Source: Lachnospiraceae bacterium (GTDB lineage Bacteria; Bacillota; Clostridia; Lachnospirales; Lachnospiraceae). Taken from it: 64,000 bases of DNA. Below the pieces are notes generated by a model. The model did no database searches and was not told the origin of the DNA. It saw only the letters and a list, made by a program, of their open reading frames with translations. Of the stretch, positions 19,435 to 28,714 are shown piece by piece. The translations under genes were made by a program, and so were the position numbers. The stretch spans positions 3,586 to 67,585 of the forward strand of contig WRAQ01000011.1 of assembly GCA_009780115.1 (NCBI GenBank), in the 5' to 3' direction. Positions within the stretch are counted from its first letter, which is position 1; each line of letters begins with the position of its first letter.

Positions 19435-21552
19435 GTGTTATTAACAATAATAGGTTTATCGCAGGCGGCGGCCTTGATGAAGAAGCAAAGGAAATGTTTT
19501 ACATATCACTCATTTTTCACAATTTTGCTATTGTTTTTAATTATACTATATGCTATCCTTATTTATATGCAAAACAATAATACCAAAGATAACAAAATTA
19601 ACAATAATAAAGAAATGGGTTTTGGCGGAAACCCGCTTAAGCTTTTTGTCCCCGGCCGGCTTTGCCTTTTTGGTGAGCATAGTGACTGGGCGGGGATGCA
19701 CCGTGTTATGAATTCGTCGCTGGAGCCCGGATATGCGATTGTATCCGGTATTGAGCAAGGTATTTATGCAACCGCGGTAAAAGACAAAGATTTTATTGTT
19801 GAGAGCAGTATCGGCATAAATGACGGCGAATCGCTTCATTCGGTTATGGATACGGAAAAGCTTTTATCAATTGCCAAAGAAGGCGGTTTTTTTTCCTACG
19901 TCGCCGGGGTCGCTTCGTATATTAGTGACAATTATAGCGTGGGTGGGCTCAGGATTACAATCACCGGAATGGATCTTCCAATTAAAAGCGGTTTATCTTC
20001 TTCGGCAGCGATTTGTGTTTTGGTCGCCCGGGCCTTTAACCAATTATATGATTTGAAAATGAATATCCGCGGGGAGATGTTGGCCGCTTTTCTTGGCGAA
20101 CAGCGGACCCCGTCGCGGTGCGGACGATTAGATCAGGCCTGTGCATATGGGGTTAAACCGGTCTACATGAAATTTGACGGTACTGAAACCAATGCCCGCC
20201 CGTTACGAATCGGAAAACCGATGTATTGGGTCGTAGCCGATTTGCAGGCATCGAAAAATACAATTCATATTCTGTCAGATTTGAACAAATGTTATCCTTT
20301 TGCAGAATCGGAAAAGGAGATGCTGGTTCATGAAGCCCTTGGCTCTGACAACGATGAGATTGTGGCGAAAGCGGCGGCTCTTTTAGAAGCAGGTGATGCC
20401 GAGGGGTTAGGGAAATTAATGGAAGAGGCGCAGGAAAACTTTGACAAAAAAGTGGCCCCTGCAAGTCCTGTTCAGCTTGCTGCCCCGGTCCTCCATTCGG
20501 TTCTTAATGACCCGGCGGTTAAGAAGCTGGTTTATGGCGGTAAGGGAGTTGGTTCACAAGGTGACGGTACGGTTCAGTTTTTAGCAAAAGATCTTGAATG
20601 CCGTGATGCTTTAATAGATTATTTAGAAAAAGAAAAAAAGATGCCGGCTTTTTCATTGACACTACAGCCGGGGCGTACCGTTAAGCGTGCTATTATTCCG
20701 GTAGCTGGTTTCGGTACCCGCTTGTATCCGGCAACGAAAGGCATCAAAAAAGATTTTCTTCCTATACTTGACAGCGATGGGATTTTAAAACCGGCGCTTT
20801 TGATTTTGCTTGAACAGTTGGAAGAGGCAGGGATTGAACAGATTTGTCTGGTAATCGGGGCAGAAGAGCAGGAAGCATATGATGCCTTTTTCTCTCCGTT
20901 ACCGGAAGAAAATATCAAAAACTTACCTGATAGCCGGCGTGAAATTGAAGGCACGATTGCCCGCTTACGAAAAATGATTACCTATGTATATCAAAATGAG
21001 CGCCTTGGTTTTGGCCATGCTGTTTATCAGTGCCGGGCTTTTGCCGGTGATGAACCGGTTATATTGATGCTCGGAGATATGTTATATGAATCAAATATCA
21101 AAGCGAATTGTACCAAGCAATTAATTCAAGCATATGAGCAATGCGGACGGGCGATGGTGACGATTCAAAAGATACCCCTTGACGATGTAATTCATTATGG
21201 GATTGTGCATGGGCACTGGGAAGATGAGGCGGAAAGCTTGATGAAAGTGGAAAAAATCCACGAAAAGCCGGACCGGGATTATGCAAAAGAGTATCTTGGG
21301 ACAGCGGCCCGCCGCAAAAACAAGCTATATTATGCCGTATTTGGCCAATATATTTTAACTGAAGAAATTTTTACCGAGCTAGGTGAAAATATTGCTAATA
21401 ACAAAAAAAGTCATGGTGAATTTCAACTAACCGATGCCCTTGATGCAGTACGGGAAAAGTTTGGAATGTATGGTTTTGTCCCGGAAGGCAAATCATATGA
21501 TATTGGTTTGCCGGAGGCTTATCGCGAAACGATGATTAAATACGGAAGATAA
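19435..21552 (+). CDS. Fusion of a GHMP sugar-1-kinase and a UDP-sugar pyrophosphorylase (GalU-like), with a possible N-terminal membrane anchor
   Basis: GHMP motifs GRLCLFGEHSDWAG and GLSSSAAICV. The C-terminal half carries AIIPVAGFGTRLYPATKGIKKDFLPI (GalU-type). The start is uncertain: GTG 19435, ATG 19477 (includes a TM segment), ATG 19615 (soluble). Confidence 0.75.
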   Translation: MLLTIIGLSQAAALMKKQRKCFTYHSFFTILLLFLIILYAILIYMQNNNTKDNKINNNKEMGFGGNPLKLFVPGRLCLFGEHSDWAGMHRVMNSSLEPGYAIVSGIEQGIYATAVKDKDFIVESSIGINDGESLHSVMDTEKLLSIAKEGGFFSYVAGVASYISDNYSVGGLRITITGMDLPIKSGLSSSAAICVLVARAFNQLYDLKMNIRGEMLAAFLGEQRTPSRCGRLDQACAYGVKPVYMKFDGTETNARPLRIGKPMYWVVADLQASKNTIHILSDLNKCYPFAESEKEMLVHEALGSDNDEIVAKAAALLEAGDAEGLGKLMEEAQENFDKKVAPASPVQLAAPVLHSVLNDPAVKKLVYGGKGVGSQGDGTVQFLAKDLECRDALIDYLEKEKKMPAFSLTLQPGRTVKRAIIPVAGFGTRLYPATKGIKKDFLPILDSDGILKPALLILLEQLEEAGIEQICLVIGAEEQEAYDAFFSPLPEENIKNLPDSRREIEGTIARLRKMITYVYQNERLGFGHAVYQCRAFAGDEPVILMLGDMLYESNIKANCTKQLIQAYEQCGRAMVTIQKIPLDDVIHYGIVHGHWEDEAESLMKVEKIHEKPDRDYAKEYLGTAARRKNKLYYAVFGQYILTEEIFTELGENIANNKKSHGEFQLTDALDAVREKFGMYGFVPEGKSYDIGLPEAYRETMIKYGR

Positions 21553-21563
21553 GAGAAAAAGCA

Positions 21564-21854
21564 GTGGGTAATGAAAAACCGAACCTTAATTTCATGATGG
21601 ATTATGTCAAAAAATATCTTGATGGGAAATGCAAGCGTTTTACGTTTGAGTTGGATTTTAAATACCATTTGCTTAAGTTATGGGACAAAATGTGTGAAGA
21701 AGATTTAAGTCATGCGAAAGCATTTAAGTATTACATAGCTGATAATGGCTTTGAAGCAGGTGATGAATTATCCGATACGAAGTACAAAGAATTGATTAGG
21801 CAGCAGTATCAGAAGGTTGAGAAGGTAATAGAGAATGCGCGAGGACGGCAATAA
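21564..21854 (+). CDS. Small hypothetical protein
   Basis: 96-codon ORF tightly following the upstream gene. No recognisable motif. An alternative ATG lies at 21594. Confidence 0.35.
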   Translation: MGNEKPNLNFMMDYVKKYLDGKCKRFTFELDFKYHLLKLWDKMCEEDLSHAKAFKYYIADNGFEAGDELSDTKYKELIRQQYQKVEKVIENARGRQ

Positions 21855-21935
21855 ACACTCTCCGTCACTACGGCCTAATAGATGTAAAATAAAAACTTTA
21901 GCTTGGGAAGAAGGCGGCCTAAGGTTCCTGCGAGT
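21850..21935 (-). repeat. Family-A intergenic repeat, copy 3 (inverted relative to copies at 43190 and 44315)
   Basis: The reverse complement reads CTCGCAGGAACCTTAGGCCGCCTTCTTCCC...ATTAGGCCGTAGTGACGGAGAG. This matches the two other copies at both ends. Confidence 0.6.
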
Positions 21936-21950
21936 TGTTTTTGCCGTCCT

Positions 21951-23936
21951 TCACTCCGTATGCAATTGCGCTTCAAGCAAAATAATATTCGCCTGCATTT
22001 CTTTGGCTGTTTTTCGTGATAAACGCCCGGCTTCCATCATTTGTTGAATCAATAAACGTTCGATATAAAGTCCGCTTTCCGCTACCTCATTAACACAAGC
22101 AGTCATGTTTTCGGTTTCAGTATTGAATAACCCCATTCTTGCGCTAACGACTTTTTCGTGTTCCAGGGCGATAATTTTTAGCGCCGGGTCATCGATATCT
22201 AAATGAAGTTCATTTTGTTTTTCTTTCATCATTTTTTCATTTATTTCTTTCAGTAAACTTCTTTCGGATTTTTTTGATAAAGAATCCTTCCAGGTAAAGG
22301 AGTCATAAAGATGCTTAACTATCCAAAGAAAAGATTTAAACATCCCTATTTTTTTCTCACTTTCTTCATAAAGGCGGTTTGCTTCTTTAATATAATGCTC
22401 GGCTTGGGTTTCGTTTAATTGCCCCATTTCGGCCATATGCAAAATCACGTCTTTCTCAAGGAGCAGGATACCGCTCCGAAACCCGAAGTGATGACGTTTT
22501 CCCTCTTTATCCTCGTGACAACGAAACTGCTTATTTAAGCGGGCATAATAATGCTGGATTATGATTTCGGTTGCTGCGATATTTTCCGGGGTAACGGTTT
22601 GCTTTAGACGTTGAATAACGGTTTGCAGTATTTCATCACGGGTGGCTTGTTCTTTTTCAAATAAACTTGTATTTGGTGTTTGGCCTTTTTCCAAAAGCAG
22701 CGGCATGATAAAATTTGTTATCAAAAGTGAAATAATAATTATACCGCAAGTGATTAAGATAAGGAAATCACGTTCCGGGAATGAGGCCCCATTAGCCAAA
22801 AGCAGGGGGATAGACAAGATACTACCCATCGAAACTGCACCACGGGAGCCGGCAACGCTGAATATCAAACCGGCACGAATAACCCCAATCGGATTGGCAG
22901 CATCACTGTAAACTTTCTTCCGGACGGTGATAATCCACCATAGGAATCTAAGAATCGCCATTGCCAGGTAAATTATTAGAACAAAAAGAGCGATTTCCCA
23001 GTTGGCGAAACCGCTTGCCCGGCCGGCTTGAACCCGGAAAATTTGGGGAAGATGGACACCTATCATTACAAAAATCAATCCATCAAGGCTGAATGAAAGA
23101 AACGACCAGATATTTTCGGCAGCATTATTCAAGGACAAAATTTCAGGATTAAATTTGTCTTTGTACATAGCATGAAGTATTCCGGCACTAAAAACAGCTA
23201 AAATACCGCTGGTTCCCAATTCTTCAGCAATCATATAAATAATAAATGGGGTTAAAATCCCAATTGCAAGATGAAGTGAGGCAGTAACAATACGCAGGGA
23301 ACGAAGCCAGCGCAGTAACAGGAATTTTAGGATTGTAAAAATCATGCCAATGATTAGCCCGCCAATTGAGAGGACTAAAAAGCGCCCTAATCCATGAAAT
23401 ATATTAAAGTAGCCGGTTGCTGCCGCGATAATAGCGAATTGGAAACAAACAAGGCCGGTGGCATCATTAATAATAGATTCACCGACTAAGATATTTTTAA
23501 TCCGGTGCGGTAACTTAAGCCGGTGGGCTACGGACTCAACGGCGACAATGTCAGTGGGGCCAAGGGCGGCGGCAAGGGCAAAAGCAGCGGCAAGAGGAAG
23601 CGCCGGAATCAGGGCATTAGTGACATATCCAATTGCAAAAACGCTGATAAGTACCAGGCCGACAGCGGCAAGAATAATCGGCTTCATTAATTTTTGCATG
23701 CTTTTTAAATCAGCGGTGCGGGCAGAATGAAAGACTAGCGGGGAGAGAAACAAAACAAAAAATAAATCCGGTTCCAGATAAAAATCATATTCAAATGCCC
23801 CATAAGGTATCACCGCGATAAGCATACCGAGCGCTATTTGGATAATCGGCACTGATAATAAAGGGAGGAAGCGGTTTATCAAGTTCGAAAGGAGGACAGC
23901 TGCCAGCAAAATCAAGATATAATTAAATACTTCCAT
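21951..23936 (-). CDS. CPA1-family Na+/H+ antiporter (NhaP type) with a long cytoplasmic C-terminal domain
   Basis: About 12 TM helices. Also the LGPTD motif and INDATGLV. Confidence 0.85.
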   Translation of the reverse strand: MEVFNYILILLAAVLLSNLINRFLPLLSVPIIQIALGMLIAVIPYGAFEYDFYLEPDLFFVLFLSPLVFHSARTADLKSMQKLMKPIILAAVGLVLISVFAIGYVTNALIPALPLAAAFALAAALGPTDIVAVESVAHRLKLPHRIKNILVGESIINDATGLVCFQFAIIAAATGYFNIFHGLGRFLVLSIGGLIIGMIFTILKFLLLRWLRSLRIVTASLHLAIGILTPFIIYMIAEELGTSGILAVFSAGILHAMYKDKFNPEILSLNNAAENIWSFLSFSLDGLIFVMIGVHLPQIFRVQAGRASGFANWEIALFVLIIYLAMAILRFLWWIITVRKKVYSDAANPIGVIRAGLIFSVAGSRGAVSMGSILSIPLLLANGASFPERDFLILITCGIIIISLLITNFIMPLLLEKGQTPNTSLFEKEQATRDEILQTVIQRLKQTVTPENIAATEIIIQHYYARLNKQFRCHEDKEGKRHHFGFRSGILLLEKDVILHMAEMGQLNETQAEHYIKEANRLYEESEKKIGMFKSFLWIVKHLYDSFTWKDSLSKKSERSLLKEINEKMMKEKQNELHLDIDDPALKIIALEHEKVVSARMGLFNTETENMTACVNEVAESGLYIERLLIQQMMEAGRLSRKTAKEMQANIILLEAQLHTE

Positions 23937-24312
23937 GCTTTTGATACTCCATTAAACACAAGTAATTCTTAACCCGGTTTAGCAAAATAGCTGCGGAAAA
24001 TGGTTTGCTGATAAAATCAGTTACGCCCAATTCAATCCCCAGCGTTTCCGTATCGGAATCAGTCAGGCCCGTAAGAAACATAACCGGGATATTTTTGTAC
24101 TTTTCATTTGATTTTAATATCTGTAGTGCTTCCATCCCGCTTACGCCAAACAAAACAATATCAAGCAATATCATGTCCGGTATCACTTTTTCCAGAACCG
24201 TAAACATGCTCTCGGCCGATTGAAGTGTCACCACAACATAATGCTTTTCCAGAATTTCTTCTGCTTCAGCAAGAACGGAGATATTATCATCAATGACAAA
24301 GATTGTTTTCAT
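23923..24312 (-). CDS. Single-domain response regulator (CheY-like receiver)
   Basis: FVIDDN, the phospho-acceptor context MILLDIVL and FISKPF. Its stop overlaps the nhaP start by 14 nt. Confidence 0.85.
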   Translation of the reverse strand: MKTIFVIDDNISVLAEAEEILEKHYVVVTLQSAESMFTVLEKVIPDMILLDIVLFGVSGMEALQILKSNEKYKNIPVMFLTGLTDSDTETLGIELGVTDFISKPFSAAILLNRVKNYLCLMEYQKHGSI

Positions 24313-24329
24313 TTGAACCTCACTTCAAT

Positions 24330-24416
24330 AAGAAGGCGAAGTATTCTTTCTAAACGAAGCTTTAGATTTTCTTTGTGGCGTTTCAATGGATGCAAACTTA
24401 GAAAATCTCTTCGTTT
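24330..24416 (-). repeat. Family-B structured intercistronic element (phoU to receiver spacer)
   Basis: In mRNA sense: AAGAAAATCTAAAGCTTCGTTTAG, then hairpin AAGAATAC..CCTTCTT about 17 nt before the next ATG. An inverted partner AGAAAATCTCTTCGTTT lies at 24400-24416. Confidence 0.6.
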
Positions 24417-25073
24417 TTACATCACTTGAATATCTTTGTGGAAGCCGGTGAGAGAGAAGATAACCCATTCGGCAATATTAACAGCATGGTCGCCGATCCG
24501 CTCAAAATATTTCGCAATCATAATCAGGTCAATTGCCTGGTCGCCATTTTCCTGATTATTATTAATCAAAACAATCAGCTCATCTTTGACTGCAACGAAT
24601 AAATCATCAACTTTGTCATCGGTAGCAATGACTTCTTTAGCTAAGCCGATATCTTTATTTACAAAGGCAACGACACTCTTGTGTACCATTTGCTGGGTTA
24701 CTTCAGCCATCTGGGGAATGTCTTCTAATTTTTTGATGTACTCTTTGCCGTTCATCATGCAAATGATTTCAGAAATATCCGAAGCATGGTCGCCGATACG
24801 TTCAACGTCCGTAAGGATTTTCAGTACCGCCGAAACAAGCCGCAAATCGGAAGCGACCGGCTGTTGCTGGATAATCAGCTTAAGGCACAGGCTTTCGATT
24901 TCCTTTTCCATATTGTCGATATCATCATCATTGGCAATTATCTGTTTGGCAAGTTCAGTATTTCGTGTAGTCAAAGCGGTATTCGTATTGGCAATTGCCT
25001 GTTCAACGATTTCGCTCATTTCTACCAATTTTGTGTTAAGGTTCGCAAGTTGCTCGTCAAATTGTTTTCTCAT
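24417..25073 (-). CDS. phoU: Phosphate signalling complex protein PhoU
   Basis: Two PhoU repeats with E(R)IGDH motifs (DVERIGDHASDI and FERIGDHAVNI). RBS AAAGGTG before ATG 25073. Confidence 0.9.
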   Translation of the reverse strand: MRKQFDEQLANLNTKLVEMSEIVEQAIANTNTALTTRNTELAKQIIANDDDIDNMEKEIESLCLKLIIQQQPVASDLRLVSAVLKILTDVERIGDHASDISEIICMMNGKEYIKKLEDIPQMAEVTQQMVHKSVVAFVNKDIGLAKEVIATDDKVDDLFVAVKDELIVLINNNQENGDQAIDLIMIAKYFERIGDHAVNIAEWVIFSLTGFHKDIQVM

Positions 25074-25100
25074 ATATATCCACACCTTTCAAAAACATGG

Positions 25101-25246
25101 AAGAATGAAGTTGGGCATTCTTCCCCCGCGAAATCAAGTTTATCTTTGTAACTGAAGTTTTAAATTTTCTTAACAGCATTCTGCCGCTTTAGAAAACCTC
25201 TTCAGTTTTGGGCCTTTGCCCGACACTTTAGATATACTTTTTCGCG
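25101..25246 (-). repeat. Family-B structured intercistronic element (pstB' to phoU spacer)
   Basis: Hairpin GAAGAATG-aagttggg-CATTCTTC, the inverted pair AACTGAAGTTTTAAATTTTCT / AGAAAACCTCTTCAGTT, and hairpin GGGC-cttt-GCCC. Confidence 0.6.
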
Positions 25247-26008
25247 TTAGCCAAATCTACCGGTTACATAATCATTAGTACGCTGATCTTTAGGACTTGA
25301 GAACACCTCGGTATTAGTCCCTGCTTCAATTAAATGTCCCATGAGCATAAACGCCGCCCAGTCAGAAATGCGAATCGCCTGCTGTACATTATGCGGGGCA
25401 ATAATAATAGTAAACTCTTCTTTAAGGTTAATTAGCGATTCTTCGATTTTTGCGGTTGAAATCGGGTCAAGCCCCGAACAAGCGCGGTCAAGCATAATAA
25501 CCTCCGGCTGTAATGCCAGTACGCGGGCGATACAAAGCCGTTGCTGCTGTCCCCCGGAGAGGCTTATCGCCGGGGCTTTCAAACGCTCTTTTACCTCATC
25601 CCAAAGGGCGGCTTGTTTTAGCGCCTGTTCAACAACATCAGCGATTTGGCTCCGGCTTTTTTTCTTGCTAAGTTTTGGCCCATAGGCGACATTGTCATAA
25701 ATTGAGATGGGGAGCGGGGCAGGAATCTCAAAAACCATCCCCACTTTCCGGCGTAAGTCGGTAACGCTCAAATCGGGATTAAAAATACTTTCACCGTCAA
25801 TTAAAATATCACCTTCGGTACGGATATCATGAGTTAATTCACATAAGCGGTTTAATGAACGGAGCAACGTTGTTACCCCGCCATTAGCCGGGCCGAAAAT
25901 CGAGGTGATTTCATTTTTGCGGATTTTCAGATTAAGGTCATAGATAACTTGTTTCTTATGGTAAAAAAAGCTGAAATTCTTAATCTCAATTTTGATGTTT
26001 TCTGACAT
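25247..26008 (-). CDS. pstB: PstB paralog with degenerate Walker A, Q-loop and Walker B but an intact LSGGQ signature
   Basis: Collinear with PstB over its full length. Walker A is GPANGGVTT (25868-25894), the Q-loop is VFEIP, Walker B is IMLDRAC (DR at 25484-25489) and the signature LSGGQQQRL is intact. Confidence 0.85.
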   Translation of the reverse strand: MSENIKIEIKNFSFFYHKKQVIYDLNLKIRKNEITSIFGPANGGVTTLLRSLNRLCELTHDIRTEGDILIDGESIFNPDLSVTDLRRKVGMVFEIPAPLPISIYDNVAYGPKLSKKKSRSQIADVVEQALKQAALWDEVKERLKAPAISLSGGQQQRLCIARVLALQPEVIMLDRACSGLDPISTAKIEESLINLKEEFTIIIAPHNVQQAIRISDWAAFMLMGHLIEAGTNTEVFSSPKDQRTNDYVTGRFG

Positions 26009-26016
26009 AACCGTTC

Positions 26017-26862
26017 CTATCTCTTTTGGTTTTTACTAATAAAGCGGTTGACCAGCGAATTTACCCCGACATTGATAATGAAAATCAAAATAATAAGCAA
26101 TGCCGCTGTCCCGAAAGCATTCTGCATTGAAACACCTTCACTTGCCAGGATGAAAAAGTGTACCGCCATTGTTCTGGTTGAATCAAATATTGAAGTTGGC
26201 ATACTAAGCACGGAACCGGCGGTAAAAATAACGGCAGCAGTTTCCGCGATACAGCGCCCGACACTTAGGATAACACCATTAACTATTCCTTGAATCGCCG
26301 AGGGAAAAACAGTTTTGATAATCGTCTGCCATTTGGTGGCCCCGAGGGAAAAACTAGATTCCCGGTATATTTGGGGAACAGCGCGGATTGCTTCCTCCGA
26401 AGTACGGATAATCGTCGGAAGAATCATAAATGCAAGGGTCAAACCGCCGGCTAGAATCGACCAGCCCATTCCCAGATAAATGACAAAAAAGATATAACCA
26501 AACAGTCCGTAAATAATTGAAGGAATCCCGGCAAGCGATTCGGCACTAAAGCGAATAATGCGGGTGATAATACTGTCCCGGGTATATTCAGCTAAATAAA
26601 AAGCTGTGCCGATGCCGAATGGTACCGCGATAAGAAGCGCTACTACGGTGATATAAATCGTACCGACTATCGTTGAGGCAATACCGCCGGACCGTCCCAT
26701 ATTATAAGGGTTTTGGGTAAGAAAACTAAAGCTTAAGACCGGCAGCCCGCGGATTAAGATATAAAGGATAATTGCGACAAGAACTATCATTACTGACATT
26801 GCCGCCCCCCAAATCATTGCTTTTGCGATATATTCTTTTTTTCTTGCGTTTAATCTCATCAA
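26017..26862 (-). CDS. pstA: Phosphate ABC transporter permease PstA
   Basis: 6 TM helices. EAA-type loop EEAIRAVPQIYRESSFSLGATKWQTI. Confidence 0.9.
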   Translation of the reverse strand: MMRLNARKKEYIAKAMIWGAAMSVMIVLVAIILYILIRGLPVLSFSFLTQNPYNMGRSGGIASTIVGTIYITVVALLIAVPFGIGTAFYLAEYTRDSIITRIIRFSAESLAGIPSIIYGLFGYIFFVIYLGMGWSILAGGLTLAFMILPTIIRTSEEAIRAVPQIYRESSFSLGATKWQTIIKTVFPSAIQGIVNGVILSVGRCIAETAAVIFTAGSVLSMPTSIFDSTRTMAVHFFILASEGVSMQNAFGTAALLIILIFIINVGVNSLVNRFISKNQKR

Positions 26863-26875
26863 ACCTCACCATTCA

Positions 26876-26977
26876 TGAAGAATTGCGAAGCAATTCTTGC
26901 TAAGTGAAGAGTACCTGCAAAGCAGGTCTAGTTTATCTTTGGTGTTGGGCCTTTGCCCAACGCCTTAGATAAACTCT
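26876..26977 (-). repeat. Family-B structured intercistronic element (pstC to pstA spacer)
   Basis: Hairpin AAGAATTGC-gaa-GCAATTCTT. Outer stem AAGTGAAGAGT/ACTCTTCACTT encloses ACCTGC-aaa-GCAGGT, AGTTTATCT/AGATAAACT and TTGGGC-cttt-GCCCAA. Confidence 0.6.
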
Positions 26978-27832
26978 TCACTTTTTTGACTTCTTTCTTG
27001 TAATATACTGTGCCGTAGCATTAAGAATCATAATAACAATAAATAATACAATACCGGTAGCAAAAAGCGCTTCCTGGTGTACTCCGGTTGCATATCCCAT
27101 TTCAATACCGATATTGGTGGTCAAAGTCCGTACCGGGTCAAGGATTGATTCCGGCATCGCCACCGCATTCCCGACAATCATGATAACCGCCATCGTTTCG
27201 CCGATTGCCCGTCCGATTCCCAAGATAACGGCAGCAACAATCCCGGATTTTGCCGCCGGCAGCATGACAAAGCGGATTGTTTGCCAGTGGGTAAGCCCTA
27301 AGGCAAGCGCGCCTTCTTTGTACTGCTTTGGTAAGGCTAACAATGATACCTCGGAGATGCTTATAACGGTCGGCAATATCATAATCGCCAGAATAATTGA
27401 TGCCGCAAGGATACTTAACCCCGGGCCGCCTAAATAATCGCGGATAAACGGGACGATGAAGATAAGCCCCCAAAACCCATAAACTACCGAGGGAATCCCG
27501 GCAAGCAACTGAATCGCCGGACGGAAGATAGTAGTAATAACCGGGGGCGCAAATTCAGATAAAAATATACTGCAGCAGATACCAATCGGGACACCGATAA
27601 GCCCGGCGCCGAGGGCAACCGATACCGTACCGATTATCATTGGGAAAATACCATATTCGCCTAAGCTTGGTGCCCAACTCATGCCGAAAACAAACTCCTT
27701 TAACCCGACATCGGTGATAATCGGAGCCCCGCGTACAACGATAAATCCTGTTATCAGCGCAAGGGCGGAAATTGAGGACAATGCAAGCAGTAAAAATATA
27801 TAACCGGGTAAATTTTCTTTAAATTTTCTCAT
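26978..27832 (-). CDS. pstC: Phosphate ABC transporter permease PstC
   Basis: 6 TM helices. EAA-type loop ISEVSLLALPKQYKEGALALGLTHWQTI. Confidence 0.9.
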   Translation of the reverse strand: MRKFKENLPGYIFLLLALSSISALALITGFIVVRGAPIITDVGLKEFVFGMSWAPSLGEYGIFPMIIGTVSVALGAGLIGVPIGICCSIFLSEFAPPVITTIFRPAIQLLAGIPSVVYGFWGLIFIVPFIRDYLGGPGLSILAASIILAIMILPTVISISEVSLLALPKQYKEGALALGLTHWQTIRFVMLPAAKSGIVAAVILGIGRAIGETMAVIMIVGNAVAMPESILDPVRTLTTNIGIEMGYATGVHQEALFATGIVLFIVIMILNATAQYITRKKSKK

Positions 27833-27835
27833 TTG

Positions 27836-28621
27836 TTATGGAATCAATCCTTCGCTTATTAATAATTGCTTACCTATATCTGATAATACAAAATCAATAT
27901 AATCCTTTACCTTGCCTTCCGGTTCTTCTTTGGTGATAAACAAAAAGGGCCGGTATAAAGAATACCTTCTATTTCTTACGTTTTCAATGGAAGCGGCGAC
28001 CCCGTCTATTTTGATTGCTTTGACACTTTCATCAACAACACCTAATGAAATAAAACCAATCGAATACGGGTCATTTGTAACCAATTGCTTAATCGCACCG
28101 TTGGAATTTTGGACGATTGCTTTGGGAGTAATCCGGATGTTACCCATAACAAGCTCAGTAAACTGGCTCCGGGTACCCGACCCTTCTTCCCTTGCCATTA
28201 CATGAATCCGGGCATCGTTCCCGCCCAATTCGCTCCAGTTCGTAACTTCGCCGGAATATATTGCGCAAATTTGCCCGCGGGTCAGATTATCAATCGGATT
28301 GCTGGGATTAATAATAATCGCAAGCCCGTCTTTGGCGATTTCGACCGACCATAAATGATCTTCGTAATCTTTTAAAGAGCGCGAGGACATCCCAATATCC
28401 GCAACCCCCGACTCAACGGCATTAACGCCGACTGACGAACCGCCGCCCGAAATTTCAACGTGTGCGCCGGGAAATATTTTTTCGTATTCTTCAGCTAAAT
28501 ATTCGGCATAAGGCTGAACCGAAGTCGAACCGGCGACAACAATGCCTGTCCGCGAACCGCCGCCGCAAGCTGAAAGTAATAAAGCTAGTAATATTAAAGG
28601 TAAAATCTTATATTTTTTCAT
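27836..28621 (-). CDS. pstS: Phosphate-binding lipoprotein PstS
   Basis: Lipobox LLSAC. Also VAGSTSVQP and GGGSSVGV. Confidence 0.9.
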   Translation of the reverse strand: MKKYKILPLILLALLLSACGGGSRTGIVVAGSTSVQPYAEYLAEEYEKIFPGAHVEISGGGSSVGVNAVESGVADIGMSSRSLKDYEDHLWSVEIAKDGLAIIINPSNPIDNLTRGQICAIYSGEVTNWSELGGNDARIHVMAREEGSGTRSQFTELVMGNIRITPKAIVQNSNGAIKQLVTNDPYSIGFISLGVVDESVKAIKIDGVAASIENVRNRRYSLYRPFLFITKEEPEGKVKDYIDFVLSDIGKQLLISEGLIP

Positions 28622-28664
28622 ATATAGGAAATCGCTCCTGTGTAAATCTTTTCAAAAATTTCAA

Positions 28665-28712
28665 CTAAGAATGCAAAGCATTCTTCCCAAACGAAGTTTT
28701 AGATTTTCTTTA
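28665..28712 (-). repeat. Family-B structured intercistronic element (pstB to pstS spacer)
   Basis: In mRNA sense: AGAAAATCTAAAACTTCGTTTGGG, then hairpin AAGAATGC-ttt-GCATTCTT (28667-28685). Confidence 0.6.
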
Positions 28713-28714
28713 TT

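Noticed and set aside
24586-25155. 189-aa and 121-aa plus-strand ORFs opposite phoU.
   Set aside because: They are antisense to a complete PhoU with both conserved repeats. Their Ser/Ile-rich low-complexity translation indicates off-strand noise.
24350-28712. The recurring GTTTTAGATTTTCTT-like strings resemble CRISPR repeat starts.
   Set aside because: The copies are single, imperfect and separated by whole genes. There are no regular repeat-spacer units and no cas genes. They are better explained as part of the family-B intercistronic elements.
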